From: Cyanobacteriota bacterium | GTDB lineage: Bacteria; Cyanobacteriota; Cyanobacteriia; PCC-6307; Cyanobiaceae | DNA: 64,000 nucleotides | NCBI GenBank assembly: GCA_046052125.1 | Contig: JBJOMY010000005.1 | Location: 128,001-192,000, forward strand | Direction of reading: 5' to 3' | Shown here: positions 43,981 to 52,869 of the stretch, one piece after another | Numbering within the stretch: the first letter of the stretch is position 1 | Layout: each line of letters begins with the position of its first letter | The notes under the pieces: generated by a model | What the model saw: only the letters and a program-made list of their open reading frames with translations | Told to the model about the DNA's origin: nothing | The model's database searches: none | Translations under genes and position numbers: made by a program

Positions 43981-44276
43981 CGCGCCAGCGGCAACCGGCC
44001 TTCCGCATCCACGGGGATGCCTTCGGCCAACAGCAACTCCCGTTGGATCCAGTCGGATCCCTCACGGCTGAGGCTCATGCTGATGCGGCCTTGGGCGTTC
44101 ACCACCCGATGCCAGGGCACGTCCGTGGGCAGGGCAAGCCGGCGCAGGGCCCATCCCACCTGCCGCGCACAGCCGTAGGCACCGATCAGCTCGGCGATCT
44201 GGCCGTAGGTGGCGAGCTGACCCGGCGGGATCTGGTTCACCACCGCCCACACGCGCTGATCAAAGCTCGGCTCCAC
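43938..44276 (-). CDS. Alkyltransferase-like protein (MGMT family, PWHRV)
   Basis: IPPGQLATYGQIA, ARQVG, VPWHRVVN (Trp in place of the catalytic Cys). Confidence 0.93.
   Translation of the reverse strand: MEPSFDQRVWAVVNQIPPGQLATYGQIAELIGAYGCARQVGWALRRLALPTDVPWHRVVNAQGRISMSLSREGSDWIQRELLLAEGIPVDAEGRLPLARYRWLPQPDLAAER
43964..43992. repeat. 29-bp direct repeat, right copy
   Basis: GCGGCAGCCAGCGATAACGCGCCAGCGGC, inside the ATL 3' end. Confidence 0.92.
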
Positions 44277-44348
44277 GGGGCAACGCTATCGGCACGAAGC
44301 GGCAGATCCGGCGATCCAGGACGATGGGACTGAGGCCTGCGTTGATCG

Positions 44349-45044
44349 ATGCCCCTACTGCCCCGCCGCTTCGAACGACTCCAGGCCGTGCTGAACCGCC
44401 GCATGGGCGATCTCACGGTGGTGCTTGAAGCGGTGGACAAGCCCCACAACCTCTCGGCGATCCTGCGCACCTGCGATGCCGTGGGCGTGCTGGAAGCGCA
44501 TGTGGTGAGCCTGCCGGGACGGCCCCGCACCTTCAATAAAACCGCCAAGGGCAGCCAGAAGTGGGTGCCGCTGCATCCCCACCCGAGCATCGAGGAGTGC
44601 CTGAGCGGCTTGAAGGCGAAGGGCTTCCGCATCTATGGCACCCACCTGAGCGTGGATGCCCGCGACTACCGCGACTGCGACTTCACCGGCCCCAGCTGCT
44701 TCCTGATGGGGGCCGAGAAGTGGGGAATGAGCGATGAGGCGCTCGCGATGGTGGATCAACCGCTGTTCATCCCGATGACGGGCATGGTGCAGAGCCTCAA
44801 CGTGAGCGTGGCCGCCGCCACCCTGCTCTTTGAGGCGCTGCGCCAACGGGAGCGCGCGGGACTGGTTCCCAGCAACGGCGAAGGCGTTCCCGGCGGCGAG
44901 GAGGCCTACCGCAAGCTGCTGTTCGAGTGGGCCTACCCCCAGGTGGCCGACTGGTGCCGGCGACAAGGGCGCCCCTATCCGCCCCTCAGCGAAGAGGGCG
45001 AAATCACCGAGCAGCTGCCCCGCACCTTGAAACTTCGCTACTGA
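44349..45044 (+). CDS. trmH: tRNA (guanosine-18-2'-O)-methyltransferase
   Basis: KPHNLSAILRTCDAVG, MGAEKWG, IPMTGMVQSLNVSVA. Confidence 0.93.
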   Translation: MPLLPRRFERLQAVLNRRMGDLTVVLEAVDKPHNLSAILRTCDAVGVLEAHVVSLPGRPRTFNKTAKGSQKWVPLHPHPSIEECLSGLKAKGFRIYGTHLSVDARDYRDCDFTGPSCFLMGAEKWGMSDEALAMVDQPLFIPMTGMVQSLNVSVAAATLLFEALRQRERAGLVPSNGEGVPGGEEAYRKLLFEWAYPQVADWCRRQGRPYPPLSEEGEITEQLPRTLKLRY

Positions 45045-45047
45045 GTC

Positions 45048-45947
45048 TCAGCTCTGCGAGCGCCCGCTGGAGCCGCTACCGCTCAGCCAGCTCTCGAGAC
45101 CTTCGCCCAGGAACGACAACCCCAACACCAGCACAAACATCGCCACCCCGGGATACAGAGCGGTCCACCAGATTCCCGTGGGCAGAGCGCTGAGCGCCTG
45201 CTGCAGATCGCTCCCCCATTCGGGCACGGTTTCAGGCAAGCCGAGGCCCAAAAAGCCCAGACCGCCGAGCACCAGAACCGCATCGGCGGCGTTAAGGGTG
45301 AGCAGCACCGGCACAGAGGTGATCACGTTGCGGAACAGGTAGCGGCGCAGGATCCAGATCGGGCCAGCCCCGAGCGAGCGGGCTGCTTCCACAAACAACT
45401 CGGCCTTCACTTGAGCCGTTTGATTGCGCACCACGCGGAAGTATTGAGGCACGTACACCACACACAACGCAGCCGCCGCATTGGGCAAGCCCTTGCCCAA
45501 GAGGAAGGCGAGCACCACCGAGAGCAGCAGCACCGGCAGTGTGTAGAGCGTGTCCATCAGCAGCACCAGGACCCGATCCAGCCAGCCACCCAGATAGCCG
45601 CTCACCATGCCCAGCGGCACGCCGATCATCAGGGCAGACACCAACGCCACGGCCACCACCTGCAGAGCCACGCCACTGCCGGCGAGGGTGCGGCTGCACA
45701 CGTCGCGTCCCAGGCGATCGGTGCCGCACCAGTGCTGAAGGGAGGGCGGCGCATAGATGGGGTTATCGAGGCCCGCATTCACATCCGGCAGCAGGCCGAG
45801 GTGGGTGAACAGGGGCGTAAGCAGGGCGATCAGCAAATACGCGAGCACGATCAATGCGCCCCAGCGCGCCATGCGTGCCGCCAGGTTGCGCGGGCGCCAG
45901 CTCAGCAAGCGCGATGCCGCAGATGTGGGTAAGACAGGGGGAGCCAT
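45048..45947 (-). CDS. Peptide ABC transporter permease (DppC/OppC-like)
   Basis: HWCGTDRLGRD, FVEAARSLGA (EAA loop), LGFLGLG, PEWG. Confidence 0.92.
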   Translation of the reverse strand: MAPPVLPTSAASRLLSWRPRNLAARMARWGALIVLAYLLIALLTPLFTHLGLLPDVNAGLDNPIYAPPSLQHWCGTDRLGRDVCSRTLAGSGVALQVVAVALVSALMIGVPLGMVSGYLGGWLDRVLVLLMDTLYTLPVLLLSVVLAFLLGKGLPNAAAALCVVYVPQYFRVVRNQTAQVKAELFVEAARSLGAGPIWILRRYLFRNVITSVPVLLTLNAADAVLVLGGLGFLGLGLPETVPEWGSDLQQALSALPTGIWWTALYPGVAMFVLVLGLSFLGEGLESWLSGSGSSGRSQS

Positions 45948-45958
45948 TGCGGCACACC

Positions 45959-46699
45959 ATGGCATCGATCCGCGATGGCGGCCAAGCCACCCGCGTGCTG
46001 CTGGCCGACGACGATCCCCGTCTGCGGCAGTTTCTCGAGCTGGAGCTGGGGGAAGAGGGCTACGCGGTGCTCAGCTGCAGCGATGGCATCGAGGCGCTGA
46101 CGGCGATTCGCCAGGAGTTGCCCGATCTGGTGATCCTCGATTGGATGCTGCCGGATCTCAGCGGTGTGGAAGTGTGCCAGCGCCTGCGCTCCACCGGCTT
46201 GCAACTTCCGGTGCTGATGCTCACCGGCCGCGATGCGGTGCGGGATCGGGTGGAGGCACTCGATGCCGGCGCCGACGACTACCTCGTGAAACCGTTCTCT
46301 ATTGAGGAGTTGCTGGCGCGGCTGCGGGCCCTGGCCCGGCGCGGGGGAACCCCAGGGGCAACCGGGCAATCAACGCGGGAGGTGATGGAGCTGGAGGATC
46401 TGCAGCTGAATCTGGCCAGCCATGAGGTGAGCCGCGGCGGTGTGCCCGTGCACCTCAGCCACACCGAATTCCAGCTGTTGCGCTGCCTACTGGCGGAGGC
46501 GGGTCGGGTGCAGAGCCGCCAGAGCCTGCTCGAGCAGGTGTGGGGCGACAACTTCGTAGGCGACGCCAATGTGCTCGATGTGTATGTGCGCTACTTGCGG
46601 CGCAAGCTCGAACCGCCCGGCAGGCCGACCCTGATCCAAACGGTGCGCGGCGTGGGCTTCCTGCTCAAGGCCGGTGCGATCAAGGAGCCGGCCGAATGA
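45959..46699 (+). CDS. OmpR-family response regulator
   Basis: LADDD, LDWMLP, GADDYLVKPF, VYVRYLRRKL, TVRGVGF. Confidence 0.95.
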   Translation: MASIRDGGQATRVLLADDDPRLRQFLELELGEEGYAVLSCSDGIEALTAIRQELPDLVILDWMLPDLSGVEVCQRLRSTGLQLPVLMLTGRDAVRDRVEALDAGADDYLVKPFSIEELLARLRALARRGGTPGATGQSTREVMELEDLQLNLASHEVSRGGVPVHLSHTEFQLLRCLLAEAGRVQSRQSLLEQVWGDNFVGDANVLDVYVRYLRRKLEPPGRPTLIQTVRGVGFLLKAGAIKEPAE

Positions 46700-47052
46700 G
46701 CGCTCCGCTGGTGGCCGTGGTGGACGATGACGCCCGCATCCGCGACCTGCTGGCAGCGGAGCTAGAAGACCTCGGAGCCGAAGTGCTGCGCTGCCGCGAC
46801 GGCAGCGACTTGCTGAATGCCGCCCAACTCAGCGCGGTGCAGCTGGTGCTGCTCGATTGGATGATGCCCGGCCTCAACGGCGAAGCCACGCTCCTAGGGC
46901 TGCGGGCACGCCAATTCAGCGGGCGCGTGGTGGTGGTCACGGCGCTGTGCGACCCGCAGGTGCAGGCCGCCGCCCAAGCCGCCGGTGCAGCGGCCACCCT
47001 GCTCAAAACCGAAGCGCTGGAGCAACTAGAGCACTGGCTCAACCAGGGCTGA
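46696..47052 (+). CDS. Single-domain (CheY-like) receiver protein
   Basis: VVDDD, LDWMMP, VTA and K conserved; ATGA overlap with the response regulator. Confidence 0.85.
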   Translation: MSAPLVAVVDDDARIRDLLAAELEDLGAEVLRCRDGSDLLNAAQLSAVQLVLLDWMMPGLNGEATLLGLRARQFSGRVVVVTALCDPQVQAAAQAAGAAATLLKTEALEQLEHWLNQG

Positions 47053-48520
47053 ACCAACGCCTGAGGCTCGCGCTGCGGCTGGCGCGCTCCTCCACCGGCG
47101 TGCTCAACACAGCAGGCAACCGCAACTGAAAATCGGCGCCTCCGCCCGGAGCATCTCCCACCGACGCCGAGCCACCCATCCGCTCCATCAGCGTTTTCAC
47201 CACAGCCAAGCCGATGCCATGGCCGCTGGTGTCGGCGCTGCCGCTGCCCCGGATGAACCGTCCAAAAATTTGCTCCCGCTCCGCGAGCGGCACTCCTGTG
47301 CCGTGGTCGCGCACGTGCAACACCACCTGATCGGCATCACTGCTGAGGGCCAGCTCAATCGGCAGGGTTGCGGGGCTGTATTTGAGAGCGTTCTCCACGA
47401 GGTTGGTGAGGCACTGACTCAACCGTTCGGGATCAGCGCACACATCGGCGTAGCTGCTGGGGAGCGGTTGAAGGATCAGGCGCCCGCTGGTGGTGTCTTG
47501 CAGGCGGCGGTGCACGTCTTCGAGCAGGGTGGCCGGATCGAGCTGGGCACTCTCCAGCTGCAAGCGGCCGGCGTCATCCCGGGCGATCTCGAGCAGATCG
47601 TTCACGAGGCGACCCATCGATTCGGCCTCAGAGGCCACCAACTCCAACTGCTCACGCTGTTCTGCGTTCAAGCCCTCGGCTCGGCGCAGCAAGCGGCGGC
47701 TGTAGCCGCTGATCAGGGTGATCGGTGTGCGGAGTTCATGCGACACGCCATTCACGAAGGTGCGCTGGTGCTCCCAGGCCTCCGCCAAGCGATCGAGGAG
47801 GTCGTTGAAGGCTGTGGCAATGGGATGGAGTTCAGCGGGTTGGCCCTTGAGGGAGAGCCGTTCAGTGCTCAGGGAGCGGGTGCTGATGCTCGCAAGCGTG
47901 GCGCTGAACAGATCCAGGGGCAGCAAGCCCCGATGAATCACCAGGCGCAGCAGTGCTGAAGTGAACAGAGCCGATGCACCGGCCACCGCCACCAAGAGCA
48001 GGCTGATCAGCTGCTCCTGTTCCGTTTCAAGGGTGAAATCCTGGAGGAAACGCAACTGATACGAACGGCCGGACAAACGCACCGGCATTGCACAGGTGAA
48101 ATAAGTGCGCCCGTTGAAGCGAAACTCTCGCGGCATCCCATCGGCCTTCAGGGCTGCATCAGCCGCACGCACCAAGGCATGGCCAACGTGAAACTCCTGA
48201 AAGGCCGCACCACTGGGCAATATCACCGGAGCGGTTGCGGGGCGGTCAGGCTCCAGCCAAACCATCCAGACCAATAAAGAGGGGCTGGCCAGATCAGCCA
48301 GGTGGCGCCGCAACTCAGCAGTGGTGTCGGTCTGCTCGGGCAGCAGCTCCTGCAACAGGCGCGTGGTTTCCTGCACCTGCGCGGCGTGGCGCTCATGACG
48401 CACCCGCGTTGACAGCTGCCGGTTCACCAGCAGCAACACCACATAGCCAGCCAGCACGGCCAACAAGCTGGTGGCCTGCAGGTGGCGGCGAATCGAAGCG
48501 GCCGGGCGAGCGGCAGGCAC
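47039..48520 (-). CDS. Membrane sensor histidine kinase (HAMP-HisKA-HATPase)
   Basis: Two TMs, SHELRTPIT, NLVENALKY, DHGTG, GHGIGL. Confidence 0.95.
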   Translation of the reverse strand: MPAARPAASIRRHLQATSLLAVLAGYVVLLLVNRQLSTRVRHERHAAQVQETTRLLQELLPEQTDTTAELRRHLADLASPSLLVWMVWLEPDRPATAPVILPSGAAFQEFHVGHALVRAADAALKADGMPREFRFNGRTYFTCAMPVRLSGRSYQLRFLQDFTLETEQEQLISLLLVAVAGASALFTSALLRLVIHRGLLPLDLFSATLASISTRSLSTERLSLKGQPAELHPIATAFNDLLDRLAEAWEHQRTFVNGVSHELRTPITLISGYSRRLLRRAEGLNAEQREQLELVASEAESMGRLVNDLLEIARDDAGRLQLESAQLDPATLLEDVHRRLQDTTSGRLILQPLPSSYADVCADPERLSQCLTNLVENALKYSPATLPIELALSSDADQVVLHVRDHGTGVPLAEREQIFGRFIRGSGSADTSGHGIGLAVVKTLMERMGGSASVGDAPGGGADFQLRLPAVLSTPVEERASRSASLRRWFSPG

Positions 48521-48578
48521 CCACAGGCGTCAGCTGCCACAACCGTAGGCAGGGGAAGCGGTCAGCACCACCAATCCG

Positions 48579-48596
48579 CTCTCAGAAAACTCTCAG
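48579..48596. promoter_or_regulatory. Tandem direct repeat, candidate OmpR-type operator
   Basis: CTCTCAG-AAAA-CTCTCAG, 11-bp period, between the kinase and pilin genes. Confidence 0.5.
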
Positions 48597-48673
48597 GCAA
48601 TCAACGGCCAACACTTCTGGTGCAGCAGATCTGCGCTGAATACGTTGAACACATGCCCCCGAGCAACCCCTCC

Positions 48674-49180
48674 ATGACCACGACCACTCTTCGCCCCCAG
48701 CTGCAAACAGCGCTGATGCGCCAGCTGGGTCAATCGTCAAGCCGCAAGAAGAACCTGCTTCAACAAGGCTTCACCCTGGTGGAGCTGATGATCGTGATTG
48801 TGATTGTTGGGATTCTGAGCGCAATTGCTCTCCCCAACTTCCTTAGCCAATCGGACAAGGCGAAAGCCACCGAAGCCAAGCAACAGTCATCTTCGTATCT
48901 CAAGCAAGTTTATGCCGCCTACCAAGAAGGCGGAACGACAACAGCCAACTCTGCCGAAGGGACCGGAAGCATCCCATGCCCACTAGCAACCGTGGCAGTA
49001 ACGGACAAGTTCTTCGCCTACGAATGCGACCCCTCAGCAGCCTCAATCAAGGCAACAGGCACAGCAAAGTCTGGCAGCCTTAACGGCAAAGCAATGACTT
49101 CATCCGTGAACTTAACAACAGGCGTGATAACAATGGGCACGCTAGCCGCCGCCGCACCCGCTGCACCCGCTGCACCATAA
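48674..49180 (+). CDS. pilA: Major type IV pilin (PilA1-like)
   Basis: Basic leader, QQG|FTLVELMIVIVIVGILSAIALPNF, Cys pair. Confidence 0.9.
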   Translation: MTTTTLRPQLQTALMRQLGQSSSRKKNLLQQGFTLVELMIVIVIVGILSAIALPNFLSQSDKAKATEAKQQSSSYLKQVYAAYQEGGTTTANSAEGTGSIPCPLATVAVTDKFFAYECDPSAASIKATGTAKSGSLNGKAMTSSVNLTTGVITMGTLAAAAPAAPAAP

Positions 49181-49249
49181 TCAAACAAATAGAACTAGAT
49201 ATCAATCAGATCTCATAGGCATGCCACAGATACTCAATAAGTACATACC

Positions 49250-50623
49250 ATGACTAAAGCCAAGTCACGGGAAGGCAGCGAAGGATTTATTCTCCCACTT
49301 GTTCTGATTGTCTCCCTAATCATCAGCACTGGGTTAATGGCTCTAGCAGCTCGTTCGTGGCTTGGACTCAATGGATCCATCCGCCAAAGCCAGTCCCGCC
49401 AAGCGCGAGAAATCGCCGAGGCGGGACTGGCCCGCTTAATCGAAAGCCTGAATTCGGATTACTCATATCTGCTGATCAAAGACCTGGGCGACTGGGGGGA
49501 TCAGTCGTACACCTCCTCGATCTGCACAAATTCGCAGATCGGATCACCCAGCACCACAGGAACGATTGGCAGCGACGGTCGTTACACCTTGGTGGATTAC
49601 GACTTCCAGGGCAGCCCCTTCTATGGCGGCAAAGCGATGATCAGGATGCGCGGGGAACGGTTACGCGGGAGCAACAGCGTTGCCGCAACAGCCATCGTGG
49701 ATCAAACCCTTGAGATCAAGCCGAAAAGCTGCACCACCTCATTCGGAGAACCAACAGTCACCAGCGGCTTCCCCGGGCTCCTCGGCCAGAGCATTGTCCT
49801 CGGAAATAATGATGTGTTCGGGAAGCTCTCAGGCAACGTTTTGTGCCTGCAGTGCTACAGCGGCACCGACTACGAAAACCTGACACGAGCACAGCAAGAA
49901 AATTATATCCAGATGAAAAATAATGGATCTGTTGCAGGCCAAATCTTTCTCGGACCTATCGATCTTCCACCAGTTCCGGAGCCGCCAGCAAGCCTAAGTT
50001 TCGGCACACCTGCAGACATCACAGCAACCAAAACACTCACTGCAGGAACCAATACAGGTGCATGCCGGGTAGAAAACCGCGGTGCAGGAACACCGATCAC
50101 CCACTGCGTCGTGAACTCGATCGATCTCAATAGCAAAAACAACATTCTTACAGTGGATACCACCGCAGGAGATGTTCGGATTTATGTCCGTGGTCCGCAA
50201 GTGACCCTGACTGGTGGAGCCGCCATCCGACACATCCCCCCGAATGCACCTGCAAGCTCCCTCGGATTATTTGGCCGACCAATCGATCCAACGAACGCCT
50301 ATCCCGATCAACTGGTCCGACTGGCCGGAGCATCCACAACCAATGCTCTTTGGGCATATTTCCCAGATGGCAACATGGGCATCAATGGAGGCTCGAAAGA
50401 AACAGCAGAATGCGACGGAACTGGCGAATGCACAGGAGGTGATATCAACGGCGCCGTGTGGGCTAAAGTGTGGAATGGCTCATCATCTAACGTCGCTCAA
50501 CTTGTGGTTCCGGCTGATATCGGCACACAGCTGTTCAACTCCTTTGGCCCACAATATGCACTTGGTATTCGCGACTATGTAGCACTGGGAATCTCCCATT
50601 GGAGTAGCTGGACAAAGCAATAG
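49250..50623 (+). CDS. Large PilX/GspK-like minor pilin
   Basis: EG|FILPLVL (no Glu5), AREIAEAG, large Cys-containing beta-rich domain. Confidence 0.75.
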   Translation: MTKAKSREGSEGFILPLVLIVSLIISTGLMALAARSWLGLNGSIRQSQSRQAREIAEAGLARLIESLNSDYSYLLIKDLGDWGDQSYTSSICTNSQIGSPSTTGTIGSDGRYTLVDYDFQGSPFYGGKAMIRMRGERLRGSNSVAATAIVDQTLEIKPKSCTTSFGEPTVTSGFPGLLGQSIVLGNNDVFGKLSGNVLCLQCYSGTDYENLTRAQQENYIQMKNNGSVAGQIFLGPIDLPPVPEPPASLSFGTPADITATKTLTAGTNTGACRVENRGAGTPITHCVVNSIDLNSKNNILTVDTTAGDVRIYVRGPQVTLTGGAAIRHIPPNAPASSLGLFGRPIDPTNAYPDQLVRLAGASTTNALWAYFPDGNMGINGGSKETAECDGTGECTGGDINGAVWAKVWNGSSSNVAQLVVPADIGTQLFNSFGPQYALGIRDYVALGISHWSSWTKQ

Positions 50624-50651
50624 ATGCCCACATGACACCAGAGAGGCAGCC

Positions 50652-51152
50652 ATGAAGAGGATTCCACGCTCACAGCCAGGCCAGACCGGCTTCAGCCTGC
50701 CTGAGGTGATGGTGGCCTCATTCATTTTGATCCTGGTTGTCCTCAGCAGCCTGCAAATGACAGGCTCTTCAATCCTTGGCATGGGGCGCTCTAAGCAGCG
50801 TGGACTGGTTGATGCAGATATCGCGTCCCATATGGAAACCCTCAGAGAAGGAGCTTTCCGCTATCTCTGCACTCAGGGTTGCGCCAATACTGAGCTCACC
50901 AAATCTCTTGCGTTCGATCTGGCCACTCTGAAGCCATTGTGCAGCGACAATAACCTGGGGCAAGGCCTCCTGAATGCTCTGCCGGCATCAGAAAAACCCA
51001 GCAGCTTCATCGTCAATAGTGTGCCTGCCGTAGAGGTACAAGTGGCATACAAACCTTTAGGAAATCAACTGAATGTGACCTTCACTGCCGCAGCATTACC
51101 TATGACTGTGAGCACCACCATCGTTCCCCACGCTCAAGGCTGGTGCCCATGA
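50652..51152 (+). CDS. PilV-like minor pilin
   Basis: QTG|FSLPEVMVA prepilin motif. Confidence 0.8.
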   Translation: MKRIPRSQPGQTGFSLPEVMVASFILILVVLSSLQMTGSSILGMGRSKQRGLVDADIASHMETLREGAFRYLCTQGCANTELTKSLAFDLATLKPLCSDNNLGQGLLNALPASEKPSSFIVNSVPAVEVQVAYKPLGNQLNVTFTAAALPMTVSTTIVPHAQGWCP

Positions 51153-51658
51153 TCAACACCTCAACAGCAGCAGAGGGGTTTTCACTGATTGAGCTGATGG
51201 TGATTGTCGCCATCGTAGGCATTTTAGCAGGGATTGCCATCCCAAATTTCACTCGCAACTGGGAAGATGAACGCCTGAACAGCGCCAGCAAACAGCTGGT
51301 CGCCTGGCTTGATGATCAGCGCAGAAAAGCCATTCAGCAATCAAGCCCCTGCAGGATTGCAATCACCACATCCACAGCCGATTTTAATGCGATCTGCGAT
51401 AACAACCCAAGCCAAATAGCAAACCTCAATCTTCGAAACGAAATCCGCAATAGCAGTTCGATCACCTTAAATCTGGCATACAACAACCCGACAACATGGG
51501 TCTTCACACCCCGTGGCACAACAACAACCGATTCCGAACTCCGAATCACAATGACAGGGAGTAATCTCGGTCGCTGCATCCGAATTCTCAAACCACTTGG
51601 GCTGATTCGCAGCGGAAAACTGCGTGCGGGCGCATGCATCTACACCACGAGCTACTAG
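51149..51658 (+). CDS. FimT/GspH-like minor pilin
   Basis: EG|FSLIELMVIVAIVGILAGIAIPNF, FTPRG, RCI...LG. Confidence 0.82.
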   Translation: MINTSTAAEGFSLIELMVIVAIVGILAGIAIPNFTRNWEDERLNSASKQLVAWLDDQRRKAIQQSSPCRIAITTSTADFNAICDNNPSQIANLNLRNEIRNSSSITLNLAYNNPTTWVFTPRGTTTTDSELRITMTGSNLGRCIRILKPLGLIRSGKLRAGACIYTTSY

Positions 51659-52863
51659 CGCTACGGCGCAACAACCGAGGGGGTTTTTCACTCGTTGAGG
51701 TGCTCTTGGCAGCATCCCTTGGAGGAATGCTCTGCATCATCGTAGCCGACGCGATGATTGTGCACTTGCGTTCTAATGCCAGCCTCGAATCCACAGAACG
51801 CCTGCGAAACGACTGGACGCGCAGCAGCCACTTCATCGAATCAGAAGTGGCACTCAGCGAGAGAGTTTTAACCAACGCTGACAGCGTCAACCTCAACCAG
51901 TGCACGCCCGGCATCACAGAGGATGAATTTCGATTCGCCCTGGAAATCCGCCGAGATCTACCACCAGCCATCTACTTTGTTCGCAATAACTCCGACGACA
52001 GCAGTCACCAGATCTGGAATAGCAGCCAAAGCCTGTTCCGCTGCGGACCAGGAATCAATGAGGAGGGAGACTATACCGACGTGATCACCGGCAGCAATCA
52101 ACTCTTAGGAGGGGCCGATCGAATCGTTGATGGACTAAGCGATGCCTGCACATTAAGCACCAGCAACGGCGCCAGCACGAGCAAATCCCTCAACTTCACC
52201 CTGTGCATCCAGGGGATCGGCACTCAGAAGTTTCAAGCATCAACAAGCACATACTCCCGCATCAGCCCCGTCTATTCCTACCCCAACTCCAACAGCCTAT
52301 GCAGCGACACCAATCTGAGTATTGAGGGATTTTACAAACTCAGTGGGGGCGACAGCAACGCCAACACACTCGAAGTCCCCCAAGGCGCTGTTCCCGCTGA
52401 TCAGGATGTGTTGATCTGCGGCTACGGAGGTGGAGACATCATCGAAGGATCAAGTTCAAACGATGTTCTCGAAGCAGGAGACCTACCAAGCAACACAAGC
52501 AACCCAACAGCCACACTCAGCGGACTTGCAGGTAATGATCGATTAGTAGGAGGCAAAGGCAACGATCAACTCAATGGCAATGATGGCGACGACATTCTGA
52601 TTGGCATGGACGGCAACGATACGCTGACAGGGGGGGCAGGCGAGAACCGCTATCTACCAGGCCTGGGCCAAGATTCCATTGTTGGCGGAAGCAATCTAGA
52701 TGTTGTTTTCCTCGACGGGGTGAGAACTAATTTTGCGGGCCTTAGTGCCTGCACACGCAGCAACTGCAGCCTCACTTACAACGAGGCGGGAGCTTCTCAA
52801 AGCATCACCGCCAGTAATGTAGAAGTGCTGATCTTTCGCGACGGTCGCTTCGATCTACGTTGA
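51634..52863 (+). CDS. PilW-like minor pilin with C-terminal RTX Ca-binding repeats
   Basis: GG|FSLVEVLLA; nonapeptides GLAGNDRLV, GGKGNDQLN, GNDGDDILI, GMDGNDTLT, GGAGENRYL. Confidence 0.82.
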   Translation: MHLHHELLALRRNNRGGFSLVEVLLAASLGGMLCIIVADAMIVHLRSNASLESTERLRNDWTRSSHFIESEVALSERVLTNADSVNLNQCTPGITEDEFRFALEIRRDLPPAIYFVRNNSDDSSHQIWNSSQSLFRCGPGINEEGDYTDVITGSNQLLGGADRIVDGLSDACTLSTSNGASTSKSLNFTLCIQGIGTQKFQASTSTYSRISPVYSYPNSNSLCSDTNLSIEGFYKLSGGDSNANTLEVPQGAVPADQDVLICGYGGGDIIEGSSSNDVLEAGDLPSNTSNPTATLSGLAGNDRLVGGKGNDQLNGNDGDDILIGMDGNDTLTGGAGENRYLPGLGQDSIVGGSNLDVVFLDGVRTNFAGLSACTRSNCSLTYNEAGASQSITASNVEVLIFRDGRFDLR

Positions 52864-52869
52864 CTCCGC

